Origin: an uncultured Myxococcales bacterium
Lineage (GTDB): Bacteria > Myxococcota_A > UBA9042 > CAIXZC01
Assembly: GCA_964522395.1 (NCBI GenBank)
Contig: CAZFVN010000004.1
Location: 12,430-76,429, forward strand
Direction of reading: 5' to 3'
Length of the DNA: 64,000 nt
Under the pieces are notes generated by a model. It ran no database searches and was not told where the DNA came from. It saw only the letters and a list, made by a program, of their open reading frames with translations. The translations under genes and the position numbers were made by a program. Numbering within the stretch: the stretch's first letter is position 1; every line of letters begins with the position of its first letter. This document shows, piece after piece, positions 46,735 to 55,916 of the stretch.

Positions 46735-49392
46735 ATGGCGAAAATGCGAACACTGATGTTGGTTGTGCTCGCCGCAGTTGCGCTGAGCCTCAATGCTTGT
46801 GAAGGGCCTGCGGGCCCCGACGGCGCACCGGGCGCAGCAGGCGACAAAGGCGCAGCAGGCGACAAGGGCGATCCAGGTGAGCCGGGCACCCCCGGCGATG
46901 ACGGCGATGACGGCGAAAATGGCGAGAACGGCGAGAACGGCGAGAACGGCGAGAACGGCGAAAACGGCGAAAACGGCGAAAACGGCGAAAACGGCGAAAA
47001 CGGCATCTCCACCGGTACTTTTGAAGGTACCCTTACCAGCGCGCTCAGCGGCATGGCTCTTGAAGGCGTCGAAATTGCCATCATGCCGGCCATTGAAGGT
47101 TTGGAAATCATGACCGACGAAGAGGGCATGTACAGCGCCGACCTTCCCATCGGTTATTTCATGGTCACCTTCACGCTGGAAGGCTACACCGCTGGCGAAG
47201 GCACCATCTCCATCGTTGCTGGCGAAACCCTGACCTACGACCTGACTCTCGAAGCAGAAGAGCCGGTTGTGGTTGGCTTCGACGGCGAAACCATGGTTGC
47301 CCCCGGGGCGGCCACGGAACTCATGGCTGTGGTTGATACCGAAGCGGGCATCGACGTAACCGGTTACGAATGGCACCAGGTTGAAGGTGTTGACGCAGAT
47401 CTGGCTGGCGCGGACGGCGACACGCTTACCGTGACCCTGGCCGACTTCGAAGTATTCGAAGCTGCCCTCATCAGCCATCTCGATGTTCTCCAGCGACACA
47501 AGGTCCTCGGCATCAACCCCCATTCCCTTGAGCTAACCGCCATTATGGTCTTCGAAGTGACCGTGACCACTAGCGCTGGCGAGTACATGGAAGAAGTGGA
47601 AGTCCATGCGGAACTTCCTTACCAGATTTCTGCCGGCATCAACAACGTAGCCCTGGGCTCCAACGTTACACTCTCTGCTCCCGAAGCTGACACCTACGCA
47701 TGGGAGCTGGACGCTCCTGCCGGCTCCGCTGCCGAGCTCACCGATGCCACCAGCCGTATCCCGGCGTTCACCGCCGACACCGCAGGCGAATACGTCGTCT
47801 CCGAAGGCGACGCTGAATTCACCGTCTTCGCTGGCAAGTTTGCCGGTGCGATCTCTGGAATCGGTGAAGATGGTCTGCCACTATCCGGCAACTGCACTAC
47901 CTGCCACTCCCCAAATAGCGACATTGACCAATTCACACCGTGGAAGCAGTCGGGCCACGCCCACATCCTCACCAACAATATCAACACCAGCACCCACTAC
48001 AGCACTGGCTGCTTCTCCTGCCACACCGTTGGCTTCAACGGCATTGAAGGGGACGGTGGTATCGACGACGCGGCTGACTGGGACGACTTCATCGCCGCTG
48101 ACCTCTTCCACGACACCAAGATGGAAAACTGGGGGATTATGGTCGATGATTACCCGACCGTTGCCAAGCTTGCCAACATTCAGTGCGAGAACTGCCACGG
48201 CCCCAACGGCGACGATGTGGCACATCACCAGACTGCGGATCGCGGTCGGACCAGCATCTCTTCCGACGTCTGCGCCACCTGCCACGGTGAGCCCCTGCGT
48301 CACGCACGCTTCCAGCAGTGGGAACTCTCTGGCCACTCCAACTACGCCCTGGCCGAGAATTACGCTGGCAACGGCAACTGCGGTCGCTGCCATAGCGGTA
48401 ACGGCTTCATCGCCTGGACCAAGTCCGGGGACTGGGAATCATCCGTTGACGCATCCGAATTCAACGCGGACAACGCCCATCCGCAGACCTGTGCAGCGTG
48501 CCACCTTACCCACGACGTTGGCACCACGACCAAGGACGCTAACGATGCTAATCTCCGCGTCTTCGGCGACAGCCCGATGCTGCAAGCCGGCTTCCAGGCC
48601 AAGGGACTGGGCAACGGTGCTCTTTGTATAACCTGCCACAACGCCCGCCGCGGCCTCGTGGGCGACGACATCTCCACTCCGGCTGGCGGCCGTGCACCCC
48701 ACGGCTCTGCCCAGGGTGATGTCTTCATGGGTATGAACGCTTACTTCTTCAAGGGCGTCCGTTCCCCCCACTCCTACATCAAGGACACCTGCACCAACTG
48801 CCACATGGAACTGCAGGATCCGCCGGAAGAGCTCAGCTACAAGCTCGGCGGCACGAACCACTCCTTCACCGCTTCCACGGCCATCTGCGCCAACTGCCAC
48901 GGCATCTTCGACGGCGGAACGCTCCACGATGCCACCGAAGGCGTGGCTCACGACCTGGCCGACCGCCTCATGGAATACGCCCACATCAAGTTCGAAGCTG
49001 CGGGCACCGTATGGGTTGAAGGTGAAGAGGGCGTCGTCGAACTCGAATACGACGAGATTCACCCCACCACAGGGCACGGCCGCCAGGCTATCCACACCAT
49101 CAAAGGCGAATTGGAAGATCACTTCCAGCTCCGAAATGCCTGGATGGATGCTGGTAACGACGGCGACGGCACCTGGACCCTGGAAGATGCTGATGGCGTC
49201 TACACCGAAGAAGATGAAGACTTCCCAATCTTCGACGATGACGATGAAGACGACATGATGTTCTACAAGGCTGGTTGGAACTACCACCTGATTCACTACG
49301 ACAACAGCCACGGCGCCCACAACCCGACTTTCACCTTCGAGATTCTCGAAGCTGCAATCGCGGTAATGGATGATCTCCTGGCTGTTCCCTAA
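46735..49392 (+). CDS. Lipoprotein nonaheme cytochrome c with collagen-like stalk, carboxypeptidase-regulatory-like and PKD-like domains
   Basis: RBS AAGGAG, lipobox LNAC and about 23 Gly-X-Y triplets. Nine CxxCH motifs: CTTCH, CFSCH, CENCH, CATCH, CGRCH, CAACH, CITCH, CTNCH, CANCH. C-terminal GWNY...DNSHGAHNP. Confidence 0.9.
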   Translation: MAKMRTLMLVVLAAVALSLNACEGPAGPDGAPGAAGDKGAAGDKGDPGEPGTPGDDGDDGENGENGENGENGENGENGENGENGENGENGISTGTFEGTLTSALSGMALEGVEIAIMPAIEGLEIMTDEEGMYSADLPIGYFMVTFTLEGYTAGEGTISIVAGETLTYDLTLEAEEPVVVGFDGETMVAPGAATELMAVVDTEAGIDVTGYEWHQVEGVDADLAGADGDTLTVTLADFEVFEAALISHLDVLQRHKVLGINPHSLELTAIMVFEVTVTTSAGEYMEEVEVHAELPYQISAGINNVALGSNVTLSAPEADTYAWELDAPAGSAAELTDATSRIPAFTADTAGEYVVSEGDAEFTVFAGKFAGAISGIGEDGLPLSGNCTTCHSPNSDIDQFTPWKQSGHAHILTNNINTSTHYSTGCFSCHTVGFNGIEGDGGIDDAADWDDFIAADLFHDTKMENWGIMVDDYPTVAKLANIQCENCHGPNGDDVAHHQTADRGRTSISSDVCATCHGEPLRHARFQQWELSGHSNYALAENYAGNGNCGRCHSGNGFIAWTKSGDWESSVDASEFNADNAHPQTCAACHLTHDVGTTTKDANDANLRVFGDSPMLQAGFQAKGLGNGALCITCHNARRGLVGDDISTPAGGRAPHGSAQGDVFMGMNAYFFKGVRSPHSYIKDTCTNCHMELQDPPEELSYKLGGTNHSFTASTAICANCHGIFDGGTLHDATEGVAHDLADRLMEYAHIKFEAAGTVWVEGEEGVVELEYDEIHPTTGHGRQAIHTIKGELEDHFQLRNAWMDAGNDGDGTWTLEDADGVYTEEDEDFPIFDDDDEDDMMFYKAGWNYHLIHYDNSHGAHNPTFTFEILEAAIAVMDDLLAVP
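46912..47001 (+). repeat. 9-bp coding tandem repeat (GGCGARAAY)x10 encoding (Gly-Glu-Asn)10
   Basis: ggcgaaaat once, ggcgagaac four times, ggcgaaaac five times. Confidence 0.95.
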
Positions 49393-49405
49393 TCGATTCA
49401 TCTGC

Positions 49406-49440
49406 TGCGGGTGCGGCACACGCCGCACCCGCATTCTCTC
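49406..49440 (+). terminator. Probable terminator hairpin after the cytochrome gene
   Basis: Perfect 12-bp stem TGCGGGTGCGGC/GCCGCACCCGCA with a 4-nt loop, followed by a pyrimidine tract (weak U-run). Confidence 0.6.
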
Positions 49441-49722
49441 TCCGACAATTCAGTGAGACACATTTCGTGGGATAGGTCTATGGTGGTGCACTACCTTTCC
49501 TCTGGTGTGGTCACATCTGGTGCCTGGAGATCCTGCGACTCCTCTTTTGGGGCCCTGCGCACCGTGTGGGCAATTCATCGATCGCACAGGATGACTGCCG
49601 GAGCGTTTTCTGGCGCTGCTCCTACCTTCAGGCTGCATCGGCTCGTAGTTCCCTCCAAGACGGCTGACGCAGTCAGCCAGCAAAGGGGAGCGCCAGCGAC
49701 GTGCAAACGGGAGCGCGGAGAC

Positions 49723-50595
49723 CTAAAGCAGATTGGGCATCACGGGAAAGCCGACGTTGGTAATTACATTGTTCGGCTCGGAATCGAGACGCCAGGTGTA
49801 GACAATCTTGGAGATCACGTTGCCGCTTGGCAGCGTCACCGTCAACTCCACGGGCCCTGGAACGGTATTCGAGACCAGGAAGAGGCCCCGGTCCCTGGTC
49901 GAAGTCAGGGCGCTATCAGGCAGGTGCGATTCCGACAGGTAGGTTACCTTGCCGGAGCTTGCGGTGACGACAGCATCCTCGAGGGTATCGTAGGATATGA
50001 TTTCGTAGAGAGTCCCCTGGATGTAACCCTTGTCGTTCTTCTGCTTGGTCAATTCTATGGGCAAACTGATGATGGTCGGGTCAAAAAGGCGCAGATTGCT
50101 GTGGATGTAGTCGCCGCGAAACTCCTTGTCAAACTCCCTGAAGACCGGGTAGTCATCGAACTCCCAATCGGCCTCAGCAATTGTCTCTGGACGGTGTGGA
50201 TACTCGAAGTAGCCGACGAAACCGTGCTCCCCCGCCGGAGTATGGAAAGCGAAACTCCCGGAGGGTTGAACCGTCACTCGATCAACTTCAATGCCGCACC
50301 AATCGAAGACTAGCAGATCAATGTCACCGATGTAGTTGCCAGGCCAGAGGTTATCCCATGACATCTCTAGTACCTGCCCGGCAACAGAGAGATCCTTGAG
50401 GGGCTCTTCCGGCGCCAGGAAGCAGAGATGCTCACCGACGGACACCTCACCTCTGGTGGCCACCTCAGTTGCTGCGTCCAGAGGGAAGAACGAGCCAAAA
50501 TCAGTGGCCTCCGGTGCCGGAGCACTACAAGCCAACAGAAGTCCCGTGAGAAGCAGCGTTGAAAAGCTACGGTGGTTAGTCAGTGTCGCAAGCAT
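49723..50595 (-). CDS. Hypothetical lipoprotein with carboxypeptidase-regulatory-like beta-sandwich domains
   Basis: Lipobox LLLAC, KGYIQGTL...LEDAVV...TRDRGLFLVSNTVPGPVELTV, and overlap with the upstream gene. Confidence 0.6.
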   Translation of the reverse strand: MLATLTNHRSFSTLLLTGLLLACSAPAPEATDFGSFFPLDAATEVATRGEVSVGEHLCFLAPEEPLKDLSVAGQVLEMSWDNLWPGNYIGDIDLLVFDWCGIEVDRVTVQPSGSFAFHTPAGEHGFVGYFEYPHRPETIAEADWEFDDYPVFREFDKEFRGDYIHSNLRLFDPTIISLPIELTKQKNDKGYIQGTLYEIISYDTLEDAVVTASSGKVTYLSESHLPDSALTSTRDRGLFLVSNTVPGPVELTVTLPSGNVISKIVYTWRLDSEPNNVITNVGFPVMPNLL

Positions 50596-52834
50596 CGCCG
50601 ATCCCATCGTTGTCACCATCTTCCTGCTTGGGATTGTGTACCCCTGGACAGTTGTCTTCGACGTAGTTCAACTCAGGCATCGGGTCATAGATAAGGTCGA
50701 TAACCATATCCCTGTCGGGGTCAAGGGCACCGGACGTAAATTCGGAAGCGAACGGATGGTTGAAGGGATGCGAGCCGATCCCCTCAAAGCCTGCGTTCAT
50801 AAAGGGATAGAGTTTGCCAGTTCCAGGCCAATTGCCCGGCGACAGCGTTCCATCCTGCCACTCAATCTCGTAGCGCCCCACTACCTGATCGTAGATTGCC
50901 TGCCAGTCATGGTAGACACCGCCGGAATCCTCGTAGCGGAAGGTGTGGACAACCCCACGCTTATCAAGCTGGTGATCAAGGTCGAAGAAGGCCCCCGGGG
51001 GTCCTTCAAAATCTCTGATTCCAGTGGTGAACATTATGTTGCCATCAAAGGGGAAACGGTCGAAATCAGTGAGCCATGGGTTGGCAAAGCCCTCCAGGCC
51101 GGGGTCGAGCTGGCAGGTGATATCCAATCCGCAAAGCATGGCCACAACAATTGCGTTGGCCACAGCCGGGGGGCTGAACCAGAAGCAGGTCTTGCCACCG
51201 GGCAGGATTTCCCGCTGGTCGAGGGTAACATCTCGATTCATGCCGGTCTCTGGATCGATGTGGGAGTTATCCCGAAAGCCATCCCCGACAACTTCGTAGG
51301 GATAGGCTGAGTTATTGGCCTTGTTGCAGATGTGGTTATGGGTAATGGAACCATCGTTGTACCAATAGGCCCAGGGGTTGAAGAACGACACAGTAGTAGG
51401 CACGATGCCGTAAACCGACCCCCAGGTATCCTCAAAGATAAATGCGTTCATCAGGGCCCCGAAGCCACCACCAGAAAGGCCCGTTATCCCGTGGGCTCGC
51501 CGGAAGATGTTCCAGGTGCGCCCTTCTTCCTCCAGCTTGTCCAAATCGGCCTCGTCCTCATAGGGGATTGGCATGCCCTTGTCATCGAGTCGCTGTCCCA
51601 GGTCATTCATCCCCTGGAAGCGGAAGACCTTACCGAGGAAGTGATTCATAGTGTGAGCCATGAAGTAGGAGTAACAGGTAAACTGCGTGTACTCTGGGAT
51701 CGCCGCACCGATGCCCATGAATTGCGTGTAGCAAGTATTACCTGCCCCTGGCCAGGGCCAGCCGCCGCCGCAATAAGGTTGCGGCACCGTGCCATCCATA
51801 AGCACTAGGATCATTGGCTCCAGCACGCCCTGGGAGGAGAAACGGGGCAGCGTCTTATAGCCAAAAGCATCGGCCATTGACATCCCTTGCCCATTATAGC
51901 CGTGCAAACCGACGAGGACCGGATAGCGCTGGTTCTTGTTGCCCCATGGAATAGACGTGTTGTTGAGCAGCGGATCGTCTGAGTTGTACTCCGGCGGCAC
52001 GAAAACGTGAACTTTGACCGGATAGGGGAAGCACCGTTCACAATCCTCGGCAGGAATCTCGAATTCGACGTCCTTGTAACCAGGGCTCCACATGGGGAGC
52101 GTGTGGAACATGCGCTCAAAATACATATCTTTGCCGCGATGCAAGGTGAAGAGATAGGGCTGGGTCGGGGAGAGCCCCGGGTAGTCCGGCCCCAGTTCAT
52201 CCTTTACCGGAATGATCTGGAGTGACGGCGAGCGTCGCAATCCCTGCTTGATTGGACGCCAATTAACAATCATGGAGACTTCAGCGCCGATCTCATCCAG
52301 TTCATAGTCATATTCGAAGAGATGCATCTCAAAATACTTGTTGAACTCACCTGTCTCCACCGGATTTTCCGGCATGTACATGTCTTCGGGGAACTCTATA
52401 ATGATGTTCTTGCGGACCGAGACCATGTCCATGTTCTCAACGTTAGTCCACATTACCTCGAGTTCTTCCGGCAGGTACTCGGGAAGTTGCGGGCCGAGGT
52501 CTGGCTCCACATCCACGATGTCCGGCGCCTCAGCATCCACAGTATCTTCAGGCTCCACACTGTCAGGGGGCGGCTCTTTTGAGTCTGGCGGTGGTTCCAC
52601 ACCGTCGGGAGGCGGCTCAATGGAATCGGGAGGCGGTTCCACTGCACCATCGGGCTTAGTCACCCCGTCGGCTGGCACAAATGTGTCAGGAACGACTACA
52701 TCAGCGGTAACCGTATCGGGCGTCACAGTCGCCTCTTCGGGTTGACCGGTATCCTTATTAATGGCATTGCCACCACCACAGCTCACTGCCAAAGTGGCCA
52801 CAGCCAACATCACTATCCAGGGGAGCGTTCTCAT
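50576..52834 (-). CDS. Lipoprotein esterase (alpha/beta hydrolase, PF00756-like) with Pro-rich linker and C-terminal TSP3 repeat
   Basis: Lipobox LAVSC, VEPPPD repeats, VFVPPEY...RYPVLVGLHG, GLSGGGFGA, YHDW and DNCPGVHNPKQEDGDNDGIGDACD. Confidence 0.8.
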   Translation of the reverse strand: MRTLPWIVMLAVATLAVSCGGGNAINKDTGQPEEATVTPDTVTADVVVPDTFVPADGVTKPDGAVEPPPDSIEPPPDGVEPPPDSKEPPPDSVEPEDTVDAEAPDIVDVEPDLGPQLPEYLPEELEVMWTNVENMDMVSVRKNIIIEFPEDMYMPENPVETGEFNKYFEMHLFEYDYELDEIGAEVSMIVNWRPIKQGLRRSPSLQIIPVKDELGPDYPGLSPTQPYLFTLHRGKDMYFERMFHTLPMWSPGYKDVEFEIPAEDCERCFPYPVKVHVFVPPEYNSDDPLLNNTSIPWGNKNQRYPVLVGLHGYNGQGMSMADAFGYKTLPRFSSQGVLEPMILVLMDGTVPQPYCGGGWPWPGAGNTCYTQFMGIGAAIPEYTQFTCYSYFMAHTMNHFLGKVFRFQGMNDLGQRLDDKGMPIPYEDEADLDKLEEEGRTWNIFRRAHGITGLSGGGFGALMNAFIFEDTWGSVYGIVPTTVSFFNPWAYWYNDGSITHNHICNKANNSAYPYEVVGDGFRDNSHIDPETGMNRDVTLDQREILPGGKTCFWFSPPAVANAIVVAMLCGLDITCQLDPGLEGFANPWLTDFDRFPFDGNIMFTTGIRDFEGPPGAFFDLDHQLDKRGVVHTFRYEDSGGVYHDWQAIYDQVVGRYEIEWQDGTLSPGNWPGTGKLYPFMNAGFEGIGSHPFNHPFASEFTSGALDPDRDMVIDLIYDPMPELNYVEDNCPGVHNPKQEDGDNDGIGDACDTD

Positions 52835-52936
52835 TGATTGGATCTCCTATAAGGCAGAAACGAACTTCTCCAGCGGCACATTTTATCAAGGTCCGGCTCT
52901 CGCTGCAAACATCTGGTGCGAAATTCCTGGGGAAAC

Positions 52937-54625
52937 CTACATCCCACCTGACTTGCGAATACCTAGAATGACCCATATCGCAATCAGAAATGAGGTGCTG
53001 AAACTGGTCCATGGGACCCACTCACTCACGCCGGGCGCAGCCTGCAAATAGAAAGATGCGCCAAGACCGGCAAATGACAACAGCGCACCAACCAAACGAT
53101 TGCGACCGCGGATCTGGATGCGAGCGGCCTCTTTCGCAAATGGGTCCTGAACCCGCAGTGTGAGTTCGCCCTCCTTAAGCCGTCGCACAACATCTGAAAC
53201 GTCCCGAGGTAGTTGGCGCAACAGGCCGACGAAGTCAGCGACTCCCTCCACCAATTGGTCTGCCTGATGTGCGGGGTCGAGTGCCCGTTTGACGAAGAGA
53301 GAGATGAGATATGGCTGAACAGACTGAATCGGATTGTACGCGGGGTAGATCTGCCGCGCAATTCCCTCCATGGTGCTGATCGCCCTAGCAACGCCCAGGA
53401 GGTCAGCGGGGAGCGATATGCGATGCTTGTAGATAGTCTCAATGGACGATCTGAAGAGTACCTCCAGATCCATTTCCTCAAGAGAGAGGCTGGCAAACTG
53501 GTTGATCATCTGTTCAACGTCACGTTGGAATTCTCTGACATTGAGGGTAGCCGGAGCGAGGCCAGCTTCCAGAATTGCGTCGACCAGAATCTGCGCATCA
53601 TAAGAGACCAGGCCAACCATGAAAGAGAGCATCTCCTCCATGCGCGATTCCGAAACAAATCCAACCATGCCGAAATCGAGGAGGCAGACGGTGCCGTCGT
53701 CGGCCACAAGGAAGTTACCTGGATGGGGGTCCGCGTGATAGAAACGATGTTCAAAAACAGAGCGTAGGAGCAAGCTTGTGCCCAAATTGGCAATCTCTTC
53801 CGGCTCTCTCGGAAAGCTGCTCCAGTCGGTAACCTGCGTGACCTTTCGCCCAGCCAGATACTCCATGGTCAAGAGACCGCTGTTGCAAAACTCCTGGTAG
53901 ACCTTTGGCAGTCGTACGTTTTCTTCGTCCGCAAAGTTACGGGCGAAACGTTCAATGTTCCGAGCCTCCGCTCGCAGGTCCATCTCCATGGCGAAGGTAC
54001 GCGAGAACTCTTCGACCAGAGCGCGGGGCTGGATGTGCTCAAGATCCTCGAAATTATCTTCAATATACGCCGCTATGTCACGCAGAACGGCCAGATCCTC
54101 ACGTACCGATTTTTCCAATCCGGGACGTTTGACTTTGATTACAACGTCTTCGCCCGAGACGAGGGTGGCACGGTGAACCTGGGCGATGGAGGCCGCGGCC
54201 AACGGCACCTCCTCAATGACGGAGAATACCTCTGATGCAGGTCGCCCCAGCTCCTGCTCAACGATCTCAGAAACCTCACTAAAGGGGAACGGGGGAACAT
54301 CATCTTGCAGCTTAGCCAGTTCCTTGATTACATCGGGGGGAAGCATGTCTGGTCGATTGGCCAGAACTTGTCCAAACTTGATGAAGGTCGCACCCAGTTC
54401 TTCGCATATGGAACGTAGCCGAGCACCGGTAGAGATGGCTTCCTTGTCCTTCCAATAGCCAAGGGAAACGATCTTGCGGGCTACCCGAAAAGCGCTTCCT
54501 ACCCCCGTTCTAGAAGCCACGTCGGCAAAACCGTGTCGGGCTAGAATGGAAGCGATGTCCTTGAACCGGCGGAACTTCTTCACAGCCCCGGGGAGTTTGA
54601 TGACGCGGTAGAGCGGCGAACTCAT
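52937..54625 (-). CDS. ubiB: ABC1/AarF/UbiB family atypical kinase
   Basis: ELGATFIKFGQ, LQDDVPP, LAAASIAQVHRA, VIKV, YHADPHPGN and LLDFGMVG. Confidence 0.9.
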   Translation of the reverse strand: MSSPLYRVIKLPGAVKKFRRFKDIASILARHGFADVASRTGVGSAFRVARKIVSLGYWKDKEAISTGARLRSICEELGATFIKFGQVLANRPDMLPPDVIKELAKLQDDVPPFPFSEVSEIVEQELGRPASEVFSVIEEVPLAAASIAQVHRATLVSGEDVVIKVKRPGLEKSVREDLAVLRDIAAYIEDNFEDLEHIQPRALVEEFSRTFAMEMDLRAEARNIERFARNFADEENVRLPKVYQEFCNSGLLTMEYLAGRKVTQVTDWSSFPREPEEIANLGTSLLLRSVFEHRFYHADPHPGNFLVADDGTVCLLDFGMVGFVSESRMEEMLSFMVGLVSYDAQILVDAILEAGLAPATLNVREFQRDVEQMINQFASLSLEEMDLEVLFRSSIETIYKHRISLPADLLGVARAISTMEGIARQIYPAYNPIQSVQPYLISLFVKRALDPAHQADQLVEGVADFVGLLRQLPRDVSDVVRRLKEGELTLRVQDPFAKEAARIQIRGRNRLVGALLSFAGLGASFYLQAAPGVSEWVPWTSFSTSFLIAIWVILGIRKSGGM

Positions 54626-54891
54626 CGTCCCATCCCCCGCTTCAATATTCCCCGCAGTAGCTCGCTGGCCACCTGGCTCACCAACTCGCGCTCTTTGTCT
54701 CCTTGCTCCTGCACCTCATGGAGTCGCGTTTCTATCTCCTGTCGTAGAGTGCTCAGCTTATCCTCCGAAAAGGACTCATTGTTAGCCATCCGTTCCCACA
54801 GATCATCAGTATTCATGGAGAGCATCGCTTTGGCCATAGCGGAACTAATGGCTTTGGACGCTATTTGCTTCCAGAGAAAACGGTATGACAT
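54622..54891 (-). CDS. Small helical hypothetical protein (phasin-like), translationally coupled to ubiB
   Basis: 89-aa amphipathic coiled-coil-like ORF with an ATGA overlap onto the ubiB start. Confidence 0.55.
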   Translation of the reverse strand: MSYRFLWKQIASKAISSAMAKAMLSMNTDDLWERMANNESFSEDKLSTLRQEIETRLHEVQEQGDKERELVSQVASELLRGILKRGMGR

Positions 54892-55072
54892 GGTCTGCCT
54901 CCAGAGTGCTGAGTATAGCTCCTCTGGCAGGGAATTGGAAGTGACCGGGATGGCGGCAAAGCACCGTAAAGAAAGCGCTAAATACGGCCCACCCTGCGCC
55001 GTAAGTTCGAATCTACGGCCGAGAGCTTCGCGGGCCATGAACGACTGGTTTGGCAGCGGGAAGGAGACGAAA

Positions 55073-55460
55073 ATGAAGAGACTCCACAGAACACTGATTG
55101 CGATAGGGGTCATGGCCCTCGTCTTCTTCACCAGCCCCGTCGGAGCCTTCGAACTCGACGAACTTCCCCTGGACGTAGCATTAATGAGTGCCGAGCAGTT
55201 GGCCGAAGAAGCTGCTGACGCTGAGTTTGACGGAGAGTCTGATTCTCGCCGCACGCAACAGCGAAGCCCACAAGGTCTACCAGGCAATTCTGGAGAAGCT
55301 GGAGAAGCGCGGGGACCTTCTAAATCACATCCTGAACAATGCACCGAACAAGAAAGCGATGGTTGAAATGGAGAGGAGGCTGCGCCAGAACAAAGGTTGG
55401 ATGGCGCGGACCGGTCGCACTCTACGAACGCTCTCCATGCCCCTGGCACAGACCGACTGA
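55073..55460 (+). pseudogene. Small secreted protein apparently split by a frameshift (or sequencing error)
   Basis: RBS AAGGAG and signal peptide in ORF 55073-55366. The protein-like helical C-terminus lies in the +1 frame ending at 55460. Confidence 0.45.
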
Positions 55461-55505
55461 CCTATCTTACTCTAGACTTGCAGGAAAAGTGACGCGAGGC
55501 AGGAT

Positions 55506-55907
55506 TTACTCTTCAGATGATTCTTCTTCTTCGGCAACTTCCGGCGCATCCTCTGAAGGAAGCAATTCGATGATGCCCATTTCGGCAGCGTCTCCACGAC
55601 GAGGTCCGGTCAGCATGATCCTGCTGTATCCGCCGTTACGGTCCTGAAAACGAGGTGCAATCTCGTCGAAGAGCTTAGCCACCGCTTCCTTGGTGTAGAG
55701 CCGGGATGCTGCAATACGCCGAGCATTCAACGTGTTCCTCTTGCCCAGGGTAATGAGCTTCTCAACTTCCCGCTTAAGTACCTTGCAACGAGTCTGAGTT
55801 GTCTGAATCTTCTCCTCGGTCAACAGCGAGGTGAGGAGATTGCGGATCATAGCCTTGCGGTGCGCAACGCTACGGCCCAGCTTCTTCATATGGTTACGGT
55901 GTTTCAT
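55506..55907 (-). CDS. rplQ: 50S ribosomal protein L17
   Basis: [13 protein letters not shown]...RNGGYSRI...RRGDAAEM. Confidence 0.97.
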   Translation of the reverse strand: MKHRNHMKKLGRSVAHRKAMIRNLLTSLLTEEKIQTTQTRCKVLKREVEKLITLGKRNTLNARRIAASRLYTKEAVAKLFDEIAPRFQDRNGGYSRIMLTGPRRGDAAEMGIIELLPSEDAPEVAEEEESSEE

Positions 55908-55916
55908 CGTTCTCTC

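Noticed and set aside
46912-47001. CRISPR array, also considered for the repeats at 32486-32710 and about 52550-52645
   Set aside because: Units are contiguous multiples of 3 inside ORFs with no unique spacers, and there are no cas genes.
47880-49392. Canonical NrfA nitrite reductase call for the cytochrome
   Set aside because: Nine CxxCH motifs, no CxxCK active-site motif and no adjacent nrfH. Only a fold-level relationship is suggested.
45125-49392. FAD oxidase and cytochrome as one operon or electron-transfer chain
   Set aside because: A gap of about 200 bp with its own operator-like elements separates them. The oxidase appears coupled to metK and has no export signal.
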